Shown: positions 11,919-25,639 of the stretch, in pieces
Layout: each line of letters begins with the position of its first letter
Position numbering within the stretch: position 1 is the stretch's first letter
NCBI GenBank assembly: GCA_964016885.1
Contig: OZ024740.1
Span: 436,542,001 to 436,606,000, forward strand
DNA length: 64,000 nt
Origin: Eledone cirrhosa
Taxonomy: Eukaryota
Direction: 5' to 3'
Notes under the pieces: model-generated
What the model was told of the DNA's origin: nothing
Seen by the model: only the letters and a program-made list of their open reading frames with translations
Database searches by the model: none
Position numbers and translations under genes: made by a program

Positions 11919-14895
11919 TTGATATCAATACGACACCCCCAGTTCACCAGTAGCTGTAGTAGATATCAATACGACACCCCAGTTCACCAGTAGCTGTAGT
12001 TGATATCAATACGACACCCCAGTTCACCAGTAGCTGTAGTTGATATCAATACGACACCCCCAGTTCACCAGTAGCTGTAGTTGATATCAATACGACACCC
12101 CAGTTCACCAGTAGCTGTAGTAGATGTCAATACGACATCCCAGTTCACCAATAGCTGTAGTAGATATCAATACGACACCCCCAGTTCACCGGTAGCTGTA
12201 GTTGATATCAATACGACACTCCAGTTCACCAGTAGCTGTAGTAGATGTCAATACGACACCCCCAGTTCACCAGTAGCTGTAGTTGATATCAATACGACAC
12301 CCCAGTTCACCAATAGCTGTAGTTGATATCAATACGACACCCCCAGTTCACCAGTAGCTGTAGTTGATATCAATACGACACCCCAGTTCACCAGTAGCTG
12401 TAGTTGATATCAATACGACACCCCAGTTCACCAGTAGCTGTAGTTGATATCAATACGACACCCCCAGTTCACCAGTAGCTGTAGTTGATGTCAATACGAC
12501 ACCCCCAGTTCACCAATAGCTGTAGTAGATGTCAATACGACACCCCAGTTCACCAGTAGCTGTAGTAGATATCAATACGACACCCCCAGTTCACCAATAG
12601 CTGTAGTTGATGTCAATACGACACCCCCAGTTCACCAATAGCTGTAGTAGATGTCAATACGACACCCCAGTTCACCAGTAGCTGTAGTAGATGTCAATAC
12701 GACACTCCAGTTCACCAATAGCTGTAGTTGATATCAATACGACACCCCAGTTCACCAATAGCTGTAGTAGATATCAATACGACACCCCCAGTTCACCAGT
12801 AGCTGTAGTAGATGTCAATACGACACCCCCAGTTCACCAGTAGCTGTAGTAGATGTCAATACGACACCCCCAGTTCACCAATAGCTGTAGTAGATATCAA
12901 TACGACACCCCCAGTTCACCAGTAGCTGTAGTAGATGTCAATACGACACTCCAGTTCACCAGTAGCTGTAGTTGATATCAATACGACACCCCCAGTTCAC
13001 CAGTAGCTGTAGTTGATATCAATACGACACCCCAGTTCACCAATAGCTGTAGTAGATATCAATACGACACCCCCAGTTCACCAGTAGCTGTAGTAGATGT
13101 CAATACGACACTCCAGTTCACCAGTAGCTGTAGTTGATATCAATACGACACCCCCAGTTCACCAATAGCTGTAGTTGATATCAATACGACACCCCCAGTT
13201 CACCAGTAGCTGTAGTTGATATCAATACGACACCCCCAGTTCACCAGTAGGTGTAGTTGATATCAATACGACACCCCCAGTTCACCAATAGCTGTAGTTG
13301 ATATCAATGCGACACCCCCAGTTCACCAGTAGCTGTAGTAGATGTCAATACGACACCCCAGTTCACCAGTAGCTGTAGTAGATGTCAATACGACACAACC
13401 AGTTCACCAGTAGCTGTAGTTGATATCAATACGACACAACCAGTTCACCAGTAGCTGTAGTAGATATCAATACAACACCCCCAGTTCACCAGTAGCTGTA
13501 GTTGATATCAATACGACACCCCAGTTCACCAATAGCTGTAGTAGATATCAATACGACACCCCCAGTTCACCAGTAGCTGTAGTTGATATCAATACGACAC
13601 AACCAGTTCACCAGTAGCTGTAGTAGATGTCAATACGACACCCCAGTTCACCAGTAGCTGTAGTAGATGTCAATACGACACCCCAGTTCACCAGTAGCTG
13701 TAGTAGATGTCAATACGACACCCCAGTTCACCAATAGCTGTAGTAGATGTCAATACGACACCCCAGTTCACCAGTAGCTGTAGTAGATGTCAATACGACA
13801 CCCCAGTTCACCAATAGCTGTAGTAGATATCAATACGACACCCCCAGTTCACCAGTAGCTGTAGTAGATGTCAATACGACACCCCAGTTCACCAATAGCT
13901 GTAGTTGATATCAATACGACACCCCCAGTTCACCAGTAGCTGTAGTAGATGTCAATACGACACCCCAGTTCACCAGTAGCTGTAGTAAATGTCAATACGA
14001 CACCCCCAGTTCACCAGTAGCTGTAGTAGATGTCAATACGACACTCCAGTTCACCAATAGCTGTAGTAGATATCAATACGACACCCCCAGTTCACCAGTA
14101 GCTGTAGTAGATGTCAATACGACACCCCAGTTCACCAATAGCTGTAGTTGATATCAATACGACACCCCCAGTTCACCAGTAGCTGTAGTAGATGTCAATA
14201 CGACACCCCAGTTCACCAGTAGCTGTAGTAGATGTCAATACGACACCCCAGTTCACCAGTAGCTGTAGTAGATGTCAATACGACACTCCTAGTTCACCAG
14301 TAGCTGTAGTTGATATCAATACGACACCCCCGGTTCACCAGTAGCTGTAGTTTCTCACTTCAATACTACACCCCCAGTTCACCAGTAGCTGTAGTTTCTG
14401 ACTTCAATACTACACCCCCAGTTCACCAGTAGCTGTAGTTTCTCACTTCAATACGACACCCCCAGTTCACCAGTAGCTGTAGTTTCTCACTTCAATACGA
14501 TACCCCCAGTTCACCAGTAGCTGTAGTTTCTCACTTCAATACGATACCCCCAGTTCACCAGTAGCTATAGTTTCTCACTTCAATACGATACCCCCAGTTC
14601 ACCAGTAGCTGTAGTTTCTCACTTCAATACGATACCCCCAGTTCACCAGTAGCTGTAGTTTCTCACTTCAATACGACACCCCCAGTTCACCAGTAGCTGT
14701 AGTTTCTCACTTCAATACGATACCCCCAGTTCACCAGTAGCTGTAGTTTCTCACTTCAATACGACACCCCCAGTTCACCAGTAGCTGTAGTTTCTCACTT
14801 CAATACGACACCCCCAGTTCACCAGTAGCTGTAGTTTCTCACTTCAATACGACACCCCCAGTTCACCAGTAGCTGTAGTTTCTCACTTCAATACT
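11919..14895. repeat. 40/41-bp minisatellite, ~73 copies
   Basis: Unit gat(a/g)tcaatacgacacccc(c)agttcacca(g/a)tagctgtagt(t/a). The last ~13 units, from ~14351, carry tttctcacttcaat. Confidence 0.97.
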
Positions 14896-17680
14896 ATATA
14901 TTTTTTTTTTTTTCTGGCTCTAAGTTAGTTTCACTTTACCATAGTATTATTTTCTACAGTTCTTACATTCTCTGTGTTAATCTCACTTTCAACTGATCCT
15001 AACTACTTCCATATTTAGTTATGTTCTATTTCCCTGGTTTCAATCTCTCAATAGAATTTAATGCTTCTAACTTGCATCTTATAACTTGCGTAATTTGCAT
15101 ATGGTTCATATTTTGTAGCATTTGTAAGCGTTGGTGGTTTCGTTCAAGAGATTTTCCTCGTGTCAAAGCTAGACAGAAAAGTAGAGGAAACAGGAACAAA
15201 AAGATCCTCTCTTCCTACGAGGATAAAACTGTTTTTGTTTTTATATATATATATATATATATTCTCTATGCCTTACAGTGGTTAGTGGGTTACTTTGTTT
15301 ATGTGAAATCTCTCCAATATACATGTAATGTAAGGGCTTTGTATATTGCTAGTAAGCAGATTATGGGTCTGTAGTTTGGAGTTCCCTGGTGTTTTCGATA
15401 TGGCGAATCAATATTGTTTTCTTCTTTAGCAAGCAGTCAGCTGTTGATATTGGTCTGTTTAGTAATTCAGTAAATGAATGCTGATGCCACATATTCATGA
15501 AGATGTGGAACCAATATTCAATGAACACACAAAACAGGAATTTAGAGAGTAACTGCAGGAACTTGTATTCTTTATTATGTTGGTAAAATTCCTGCAAGTT
15601 ATGCTGAGCCATGCTTCTCTCTCCTGCCATCTTCTCCCTGTCTTATAATCCGTTCGGCTCAACTTTTTTTCATTCCATTTTTCCTCCCGCAACTTTTATA
15701 TTTTTGTTGATGTTGGTGTTACGGTTGTGTGTGTGTGAGAGAGAACGTGTGTGTGTGTGTGTGTGTGAACGTGTGTGAACGTGTGTGTGTGTAAATATGC
15801 GTGTATGTGTGTGTGCATGAGTTTGAGTGTGTGAGTGTATGAGTAGGTGTGTTTGAGTGTGTATGTGTGTGTGTGTTGGTGTGTCAATGTGTGTGTGTGT
15901 GTGTCAGTGTGCGTGTGTGTCAGTGTGTGTGTATGTCAGTGTATATCAATGTGTGTCCGTGTGTGTGTCTCCGTAGAATATTTGGGTATTTCTTCCAACA
16001 AACCTTATTCTCCTGTTACAACCACTCGCGGTTTTCAGTGTCTTTATTTTTCAGCCAAACTTCGCTCACTTTATTTTTTTTTGTAGGTTTTTATATTTTT
16101 ATTTTTGGTGTTGTTCTTGTTTTTGTTTTTTTTCGGGGGGGGGGGGGTTACTACCAGTATTTTTTCTATATTAATGTTATATTTTCTAAATATTTTTCTT
16201 TTTTTTTTGTATTTTTTCTTCTTTACCTTTTATATAGTCTTTTTTTTTTTGTTTCCCTAAGTAAGGATAAGTCATCCTTTTTTGTTTTCGATTTTATATA
16301 ATATATTTTCTTTCTGTTGTACATTTGGTGGGTTTAACTGGAAAGTTCCTTGCTCTATTAGGGTCAAACTGGAATTCCCTTGACACAACCCTGGCTACTG
16401 TATAGATTAAATCATTTAGACTGTTCATGTTTAAGTTTGTTTCTGCCGGAGGAGTTTCTAGCTGGATGGCGGGAGAAGAGGTTGTATTTAGCTATTATTT
16501 CATGGACGGCGAAGAGGCTGTATTTAGTTATTATTTCATGGAGATATTTGTTTATTCGTAGCTTAGCCAAGGATTTCTGTTGATCCACGTTTATTGATTT
16601 TGCTATGTTCACATTTCTTTATTTTCTGTGTTCTTTATCACAGACTTCCCTCCTGCTAATCTCCTCTATTGTGTTTTTATTCACTTTATTTTTAAGTTTG
16701 GGATCGAAGATATTTTTGTGGTTCTGTATTTGGTTGACTGTTTCCATGGAGATTTATGTGGTCTTCAGACTCGTTTAAAGGACTTCGTTTCTTGTTATGT
16801 GTCTTATTATTTTACCGTAATACCTTGTTCTTTATGTCTAGGATACAGTTGTGATATTTTAATTACGTATTTGAACTTCACTTGTTGTGAGAGCAGTCGA
16901 GACTGTTTGTTTTGTTGCTGTTGTTGTTGTGGGAATTTATATGTCTTATGTTAAGCAGTTACTTTGGTACTGCTTTTTTAGTTTCTGGAAAGGTATTTTT
17001 ATTTTCGATTCCAATCTTTTCAATGGAGCAAAAATGAATCGTTTCCCTAAAATACTACAACTTTTCAGACCAATTCCTTTACAAGTACATACCAGTCACA
17101 GAAGCCGTACGGCACATATTACTTCAATCTAACACCCAATATTTTAACTATTTATAGCAAAGGAAAGCTGTTCCAACTGGTATTCGAGACAACCAAAAAC
17201 AGATTTTTGGGACCCATTTTATTCGTCACAAGTTCACACTTTCCTCTGTGACCTCACCAAAGATAAATAGAAAGACACTTTCAAATTAATTAGCAGTCAG
17301 TCAACCAGTCGATACTCTGAATTGAAGGAATAACTGCTAATCTTCTGCAGTTAGTAGTAGTCAACGTATTCAACACCCATAACTTTACTAACTCCAGTCG
17401 GTGACACTATCCGAATCAAATCACGACGGAAAAGAAAATACAACAAATCGACATACCTGACCGAAAATTAAGAAAGGAATTCCATTAAACTTTTGTGTGG
17501 CTTCCAAAATCTGTTCAAATTTGATGAGAAAGTTTCAAGTTTCAAGTTTCAAGTTTCAAAGTACACCGACATCCAACAAAATGATCTTATATTTTCTTAT
17601 TTTCTGTTGAATGGAACAATTTCATTGCACCAGAGACATAGGTATGCCGTTAATTTATCCGCTGGTCTGACAACAGGGAT

Positions 17681-18181
17681 CATTATCATCATCATCATCT
17701 TCTTCTTCTTCTTCTTCTTCTTCTTCTTCTTCTTCTTCTTCTTCTTCTTCTTCTTCTTCTTCTTCTTCTTCTTCTTCTTCTTCTTCTTCTTTATGGTGAC
17801 AGAGTCCTCAAACACTCCTTCCAGTAGGTCCTGCTCGAAGAAAACAGTCTCCATCTAATCCGGGTGGATCCCCAAGTGAGACCAGTCAAGCCCATGGATG
17901 TTATCCACTCAGAAGCTCAGGGTCTACCCTTGGGTCTCCTGCCGGTTGATTTTGCCCGTGAAATCTGTCCAGCGATTCTTCTCTGGGACATTCTAACCAC
18001 ATGTCCATAGTATCGGAGCTTTGATCTCTCAATTCGAAGAAGTAGAGGCTCTTCCTGGAGTGACTCTCTGATCTTCGAGCTACGTAATCTATCAAGTAAC
18101 GCTACTCCAAAGACACTACGGAGGAACTTCATTTCGGCCGCTTGTATTCTTTCAGGGATTACCCAGAGAATGAGTCGCAAG
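17681..18181 (-). mobile_element. RTE-clade LINE 3' fragment, (GAA)n(GAT)n tail, TSD
   Basis: RIQAAEMKFLRSVFGV..RIERSKLRYYGHVVRM..GRRPKGRP. 13-bp direct repeat tgacaacagggat at 17668-17680 and 18182-18194. Confidence 0.9.
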
Positions 18182-18207
18182 TGACAACAGGGATGATAAT
18201 TATTTTA

Positions 18208-18414
18208 CAAGGGTAAAGTTCATAGGCTGAAAGGTTCATAGGCTGACCAAGATACTCACATGGAATGACGAAATGGAGTATACTTTTTAACGTAGTCCCT
18301 GCAAGGAAACAATACAGCTTTTAATAAGAAGGGTTGAAATTATTGCATGCAATATTTCAGAGCTCTAGCATCACTCCTTCATAGTCAGCCAATGAACTTT
18401 TCAGTCACCCCTCG
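18208..18414. mobile_element. Mariner-derived MITE
   Basis: Left ..ggctgaaaggttcataggctgac; right gtcagccaatgaacttttcagtcacccctcg, a mariner-like TIR (cgagggg..aaaagttc). Non-coding. Confidence 0.65.
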
Positions 18415-19048
18415 GATTTAAAATAAATATTTTACATGAAAAGAGAAACAAAATTAAATAATGAAAAACGGTGTGGGTTAGGGTCAGATTCTACACCCCT
18501 GTTTAGGCAGTATATCACAGCGGGGCCCTCTCTATAAAATAGTAACGGCATTGATTTGAAGAACAGCCAAGGACACCTGCTGCATCAGTCTTTACATTTC
18601 AAGGGGCTCCTTCCTTAGCTGGGCTACTCCTGATTTTATGGAAGAAAATGCAGGTTCGAAGGCAGAGGGTACCAAAGATCTCGATGTCAGCCGGCGCGAA
18701 AAATAAACGGTTGGTCACGTCTGATTGGTCGGAAGTTTTTAACAGAATTTCTGCTGATGATGATTCTACTACTACAACTACAAATAATAATATTAATAAT
18801 AATTCTTTCTTTATTAACCACAAGGGTTTACATAAAGTAGACATTAAGGACAGTACAGGACAATACAGGACGGTACAAATGAGCATTTCTGCGTGTAAAA
18901 AAAAACAGAGGATGTAATAAAAAATAACAATGAAAAGTTCCCCAATAGAGGGGAGATTTCCGAGGGACATTTGTGGAGAAAGCCCATTAAAAGGCCAGTG
19001 ACCCTGACCACCAGGGAAAGCGCCCTCTCCCAGTTTTCCACCTTTAAT

Positions 19049-22000
19049 TTACAGACACATACTCAGAGAAGGCCCATTCACTCGGGCCATACTTGTTCTC
19101 TCACCCATCTTTCAAGTAAATACTGGGAAGAGAGCACTTCCCTCTCTACCCTGATTTTCCTTTTCAAATGAAATTTGAAAAAGTCAATCAGGGCATCACC
19201 GAAGAGGTAAGTGCTCGTCTTCAGCCCTTTCAAACGTGTCCACCATACTATCTCTTTCGCCATGGCCACCAGACAGATAAAAACTTCCTGCCCTTCCCGG
19301 CTAAAGGAAGAAGGCGGGGCAATCCTCACGATGGACTCAGCTGATAGCTGGATCCGTCCTACACGTGACAGCAGGTGTTCGACATAAACCCACAAGTCAG
19401 CAATGCTCGGACACTGGACGAGTGCGTGCAGGACGGTTTCATCGCCCTGCGCGCATCTCGGACATGCCCGGCTGACGGCACCTCAATGCCTGTAGAGTTT
19501 ATCCCGAACTGGCAAAGCTCCTCAGTAGCACTGCCAGGCCAGGGATTTCTGGAAGTTGTCCATAGGCCCCGGCCCGAAAGTCCTTCCGAAGAGATTGGCT
19601 AGTTGATTTTCGTCGACGCCTAGAGTTTCTCCAAGTACGTCGTCGCTCTTCCCCTCCACTAATCCCCGCCTGACTGCTCCAGCGCAGTCAGGCGGGGCTT
19701 AGGACAAGGTACGGCGGTCAGGCGGTAGTAGATGACAGACGCGATGTACGCGTTAGCCACCTCCGCTCGACCTTTCAGGGATAGCTTCCTCTCCACCCAT
19801 TTCTGGGTGAGAGAAGCCACCCTGCTCGTCACCTCGTCCCAGTTTTTGTCCGTCTGGAGGTCCGGACCGAACGAGACCCCTAGCAATTCAACTGGTCCGT
19901 CCGTCCAGCGCCCGACGCCGCTGTTGGACGGCATGGACCTGCCTCTCCAGGTACCGAGATGCAGGCCCACTGACTTTTCCTGGTTGATCATTGCTCCGGT
20001 CACCGCTTCGTATTCTCTGAGTGTAGTGCCGATCGCCTCGATGTGTTTGGCGTTCGAGACCACTACGGTGACTTCGTCCGCATATGCTGACACGGATCTT
20101 CCGCATCCTAGTTCGCGCGGGACTCCCCTCAACGTCTCCAGTTCGTGCAGTAATGGCTCGAGAGTCAATGCGTACAAGAGGGACGAGAGGGGACATCCTT
20201 GGCGGACCGAGCGCATGATGTTGAACGGTTCCGAAAGGTGACCGTTCACTCTCACCACAGAGCAGATGTCGGTGTGCATAGCAGCAATCCAGCCTCTGAA
20301 GACGGGCCCAAAGTCAGCCGCCCTCAGGTCTGCCGCTAGGTAACGATGGTCGACCCTATCGAAAGCTTTTGACTGATCTAAATTGATCAAGGACCCACCC
20401 GTGCCAGGTTCCCTAGCTACCCTCTCTACGATGTATCGCATGAGGTGGAGGTTGTCGTGGAAGGATCTGTCGGGAATGGCGCATGTCTGCGCCTCTCCCA
20501 CCAGACAACCAACGACAAGCGCCAAGCTCTTTGCTAGCACCTTGGCCAAAATCTTGAACTCTGTGTTTAGCAGAGTTATGGGCCTGAAATTATCTATGTT
20601 ATCTCCCTTGTTCAGATCCTTTCTCAGCAGCGCCACAGCTACTCGGCTCACAGAGCTGGGAATTCTCCCGTTCTGTTGCCAGTTGCAGTAGACGTCCGCC
20701 AAGAGACCTCCGAACAAGTCTGGCATCTGTACGTAAAGTTCATAGGGCAGACCATCCAAACCAGGCGATTTACCCCTTGTGCAGCCAGTCATTGCCTCCC
20801 GTACTTCAGCGGCTGTTATCGGCTTTTCGCAACACTCCGCCTCAGTGGCCGAGAGCCGCGGCAGTCCGTCGAGGTAGACACTAAAGTCCATCCCTCGATT
20901 CAGCCCGCCGCTGCCCCCGAACAGTTGGGCGAAGTGTCGCTGGAAATCTTCACACATTTGCCCGGGATCGAGTAGCATGCGCCCGTCGTGGTCCACCAAA
21001 GACCGGATCGTGGCTTTGTTGCCACGACGCGCCTCCGCCACTCGGGCCCATTGAACGGCTTTCGTCCCCTCGTGTCTGAGAGCAGGCACCCTAGCTCTGA
21101 CAACGCAGCCTTCGTGCTTTGCATTGAAGAATTGGTCAAGGGCCAATTTCGCCGCAAGCACGTCGGTCGCGATGCCTTTGCTAAGCGCCGCGTCTAATTT
21201 TCTAACTAGTTCTCCCTCTGCTCTATTTTTATCTATTGCTAAAGCCTTACTAAACCTAATGGATTCTATTCTAATCGCTCTTTTCAGAGCAAACCACCAC
21301 TTGTTGTTGACAATGGCCCCCGTCAATGCCCGCTTAACTAGTTCGCTAATCTGGTCTCTGTAGGCCTTGCGCGCTGGTAAGGACGCGTTTAGCTTCCAGT
21401 AGCCGGGTCCTCGTCTATGAAGCCTATCTAAGTCAAGCACACAGATCACGAATTTGTGGTCCGTGTAGCTGACTATCTTGAATTGTGGTCAGCCTATGCT
21501 AGACCTATCTATTTCCCTACAAAATATTCTATCTAGATATCATCTGGATGACCCTTACGATTTGTCCAAGTCCACATTGGCACATTCGGGAAATCCAATC
21601 GGTACCTGCCAGACAGTTCAAAACGCCTGAGCAGGTTGGTGAGGCTCTTGCACCCTCCACCCCTATCCGCTAATCCCACACAGTCCCAGCGTGCATCTAA
21701 GATCCCGTTCCAGTCGCCCACTAAAACTAAAGAGCGGGACGTTCCAAGAAAGGTCTCCAGACGCCGGTAGAAATCAGGCCGCCCTGCTCCTGTCGGGGCA
21801 TAGACGGCCACTAGCCTGAAAGCTTGCCCGTCTCCGCTGGTCACGTCCAGCACCACCAACTTACCTTCTGGGTCCAGGAAGATGGCCCGTATGGCGAGAT
21901 CCAAACCTCTCCGAAAAAGCACAGCAACTCCTCCCCCGATCCAGGACGGCTGGGTGATGCGGCGTACACATCGTAGCCGCCGAAGATCGGTGCAAAGGCC

Positions 22001-22137
22001 CGAGTTTCGGAGATTCTGGTCTCGCTGATGGCCACTACATCTATATTTAGTAACCTGAGGTCGTTGAGCAGGTGGCCCTGCTTCCATGACCACCCCAAGC
22101 CACGCGCATTTATGCTGCCTATTCTGAGTGATGTCAT
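19049..22137 (-). pseudogene. Tx1 ORF2 (APE endonuclease, reverse transcriptase, C-terminal zinc finger)
   Basis: GSINARGL, ISET, AVYAP, LVGDWN, YLDRIF, TDH, GPGYWKLNAS, KSPGLDGLP, FRPITLLNTEFKILAK, DQSKAFDRVDH, VRQGCPLS, YADE (mutated YADD), CPRC..ETVLHAL..C. Several frameshifts and an internal deletion at ~19665. Confidence 0.93.
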
Positions 22138-22171
22138 GTTGAAATGGAGTGGAAAAGATGGGAAAGACCAC

Positions 22172-24096
22172 TTACCTTACTTCTCGTAGAGGAAGGATGG
22201 TTTGTCCATCCTTTTCACTGCTTGTGGCCTCCTCCGGAAGGATGTCCTTATAAATCCTCCTGGAGAGTGCTTGTCGGAAGTCTCCGATGTCTTTGGGGAA
22301 TTTTTGTTTTAGTGTCGTGTACGTTTTCTGTGTGATGCGACTGATTTGTAAGTGTGGAGGTGGTCTGAACTTTTGGGTTGTTGTGTAGTCTTTTTCTGTG
22401 ATGCTGGTGTTGTGTTGGATGTAGTGTAATAATTGGTTGTTCAAATTTAATGCTGTGTAGTGTGTATCGTTTTGGTTGTTTTGTTTTGTTTGCGTTTGTT
22501 GTGGGTTTGTTTCTGCTTCGCTTTTTGGTGACTTTTGTGGTGTTGGGGTTAATGATGGTGATGGTGTTGGTGTTTGTGGTGATGGGGTTGGTGATGCTGG
22601 TGCGGATGGTGGCATATCTGTCCTAACTTTTTTGTTTGATAGTTTATTTGTTTCCCTCTGTATTTTATTTTTGGAGGGGGAGGGAAGAGAATTTTTTCTT
22701 TTTTGGTTTCTTTTTTTCTTTTTTCCTGATACCGTTTCCCACTCCTCGTCGTCACAATCTGTCTCCAGTTGTGATAGGCCGGGGAGTGGAAAATCCTCCA
22801 CAGGCGTTGGTTTTGGTTGTGGCGTGGAGGATGGTGTAGGCGCTGGTGCTAGTTATGGCACGTTGTGTGGTGGTGGTGTTAGTTTTGGTACTGTTGCTGG
22901 GGTTGTTGCTGTTACAGTTGCTTCTGTTGTTGCTGCTACAGTTGTTGCTGCCATCTCTGCTGCTGGTGGTGTTGATGGTTGAGTCACTGGAGTGGGTAAG
23001 AGAGGTGGCCTCAACCTTTTAGCCTGAGGGCAGAAAGCCCTTAGGTGGGTTCCTTCACCACAAACGACACACCTAGGCCTTCTGCCCTCGACGATTACGG
23101 TGAGGTGGCTGCCGTCAGTGAGGTCTATTACCTCTGGGATCTCCTCAATGCTTTTTTGGTCCGCTTGGATCAGGAGCTCCATCCCAGATCCGGACCAGTT
23201 CTCCTGCTTTTCTTTCGCTATTTCGATTATCTTGGTGTTGGCTTCGATGCCGGCGAGGACGGCAGCTATTAGCCAGGGAATTTCGATGGCCGGTGGAACG
23301 TGGGTCACCCTGATCTTCACGAGTCTCTGGCCACAATAGCTTGGGACGAGTGTGAAGTCGTCACTTCTGAATGGCCTATGGAGTGTTCTCTGGCCTCCTG
23401 TGGTGTTTCAAAGAACACGTCCACGGTTCCATATTCCTGCCCACGTCTGATGTGGGTTTTTTTTTGCCCACACATGTCCCAAAGCTTTTTGGATTTGGGA
23501 CTCGGATGCCCGTTCCACTCGGCGCGATTTTATGTTAATCGTCCGATAAGACACGGTGCATAGGCGCCGATGATCCATTTTATTAGGTGGGGGCGGGTGA
23601 GGCTGACCCTGTACCCATCTTTCTTTACCATTTTTTTTGGCTCCTTCTAATTCCGCCTGAGTTACCTGGAATGCTTCGCACTGTTTTGCTACTCTGGCAA
23701 AATTCAGGGTGGTTTTCTTAATGTCATTGTTGCTGTTGTTTTTATAGTTATTTTTGTTATTGTTAATTTTAGTTTCAGTTGTGGTGGTGGTGGCATCAGT
23801 TGTGTTCGGTGTGGAAGAGTTCATTTTGGTTGAATTCATTTCGATATCACGAGTTAATTTATTTTTTCTTTTGTTTCTGTTGTCGCTGTGGTGGTGGTGG
23901 GGGTGGCGGCTTTAACATCTGCAGTCATTGGTAATGGCGGGAAATGAATGTCTGCCTGAGACAAATTTAAAATATTGCTACTGCTTATATTTTTAGTGTT
24001 GGCAAACGTAGTAATATTTACAATGATGGTGTCGGTGTGAGGTGTTAGTTTGTGAGGAAGGCTCTCAGCTACTGGGTTCAGCTGTGAGTCGGCCAT
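22172..24096 (-). pseudogene. Tx1 ORF1 (nucleic-acid-binding, CCHC knuckle)
   Basis: Collinear broken ORFs 24096-23854, 23839-23408, 23320-22853 (KIRVTHVPP..VEGRRPRCVVCGEGTHLRAFCP) and 22801-22172 (EWETVSGKKKKR, P/T/Q-rich), directly upstream of ORF2. Confidence 0.8.
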
Positions 24097-24313
24097 GATT
24101 TTTCAAAGAAATATTTTTTTGTTTGATAATTATAAAAAGTTTAAATTTTGTGCTCAAGGCCCCAATCTTTTTGAGTGTCCTTTTCAGAAATCAATGTATG
24201 TGCACTTATATACAGTTAACAATAAAAAATTTCCATAAATGGCAATTTTAAACAACTGAAAATAACAAACCTTTGCGGAACTCACGATAATACGATTTAC
24301 TACGTAGGTCGCC

Positions 24314-25445
24314 AATAATAATAATAATAATAATAATACTTTCTTTATTAACCACAATGGTTTACATAAAGTAGATATTAAGGACAGTACAGGACAATAC
24401 AGGACGGTACAAATGAGCATTTCTGCGTGTAAAAACAAAAACAGAGGATGTAATAAAAAATAACAATGAAAAATTCCCCAATAGGGGGGAGACATCGGAG
24501 GGACATTTGTGGAGAAAGCCCATTAAAAGGCCACAGTAACCCTGACTACCAGGGCAAGTGCCCTCTCCCAGTTTTCCACCTTTAATTTACAGACACAAAC
24601 TCAGAGTAGGCCCATTCACTCGGGCCATTCTTGCTTCTCTCACCCATCTTTCAACAAAATGCTGGGAAGAGAGCACTTCCCTCTCTACCCTGATTTTCCT
24701 TTTCAAATGAAATTTGAAAAAGTCAATCAGGGCATCACCGAAGAGGTAAGTGCTCGTCTTCAGCCCTTTCAAACGTGTCCACCATACTATCTCTTTCGCC
24801 ATGGCCACCAGACAGATAAAAACTGCCTGCCCTTCCCGGCTAAAGGAAGAAGGCGGGGCAATCCTCACGATGGACTCAGCTGATAGTTGGATCCGTCCTA
24901 CACGTGACAGCAGGTGTTCGACATAAACCCACAAGTCAGCAATTCTCGGACACTGGACGAGTGCGTGCAGGACGGTTTCGTCGCCCTGCGCGCATCTCGG
25001 ACATGCCTGGTTGACGGCACCTCCATGCCTGTAGAGTTTATCCCGAACTGGCAAGACTCCTCGGTAGCACTGCCAGGCCAGGGATTTCTGGAAGTTGTCC
25101 ATAGGCCTCGGCCCGAAAGTCCTTCCGAAAGAGATTGGGTAGTTGATTTTCGTCGAGGCCTAGAGTTTCCCCCAAGTACGTCGTCGCTCTTCCCCTCCAC
25201 TAATCCTCTATAGAACGCCGAGGTGGAGTTTCCACCGATCACATTGCCCGATTGGTCGAGGGCTGTGAGCGCCTGAAGACATTCCTGTCTCCAAGCGCTC
25301 CCTCTCGGTCTTCGCTTGACCCAGGACTGCAGCTCCGTCAAGGAAACGAGCTGGGGAAAGACGAGTCTATCAAACGGCGACCACACCTGATCACCGTCGA
25401 GGAAGAGGTGGAGATGTCGTAGACAGTACGCCAGGCGATCGCAGG
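24314..25445 (-). mobile_element. 5'-truncated second copy of the same Tx1 family
   Basis: Highly similar to 18800-19665 (MDNFQKSLAWQCYRG..CPRCAQGDETVLHALVQCP..). (ATT)n tail at 24314-24337. Retains sequence deleted in copy 1. Confidence 0.93.
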
Positions 25446-25462
25446 GTTAAACCTCCAGTTAT

Positions 25463-25600
25463 TGCTGGTACTCATTTTCAGCTGAGTATACTGGAGCATC
25501 GTGAAATGAAGTGTTTTTCTCAAGAACACGAGACATAACCCAGTACAGGAATCGAACTACGATATTATGTTCATAAGTCCTTACGACTAGGTCACGTGCG
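25463..25600 (-). mobile_element. SINE fragment
   Basis: B-box-like gttcgattcc, followed by gtgttcttgagaaaaacacttcatttcacgatgctccagtatactcagctgaaaatgagtacc, typical of tRNA-SINE cores. Confidence 0.6.
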
Positions 25601-25639
25601 CTTCTACAGTCGTTGAAGCTGAAGTATATATATTTTCTT

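Larger units (their letters stand above)
18784..24313 (-). mobile_element. Near full-length Tx1/L1-clade LINE, disrupted, (ATT)n tail
   Basis: ORF1 remnants with a CCHC knuckle, ORF2 with APE + RT + C-terminal zinc motif, and a 3' UTR with an attaaa signal before (ATT)n. The 5' boundary is inferred from the adjacent tail of the second copy. Confidence 0.92.

Noticed and set aside
11919-14895. CRISPR-like regular array
   Set aside because: Units are contiguous tandem copies with no unique spacers, no cas genes, and the context is eukaryotic.
15690-17000. Possible decayed L1/Tx1 ORF1 on the minus strand
   Set aside because: Only compositional similarity (K/T/Q-rich); no diagnostic motif.
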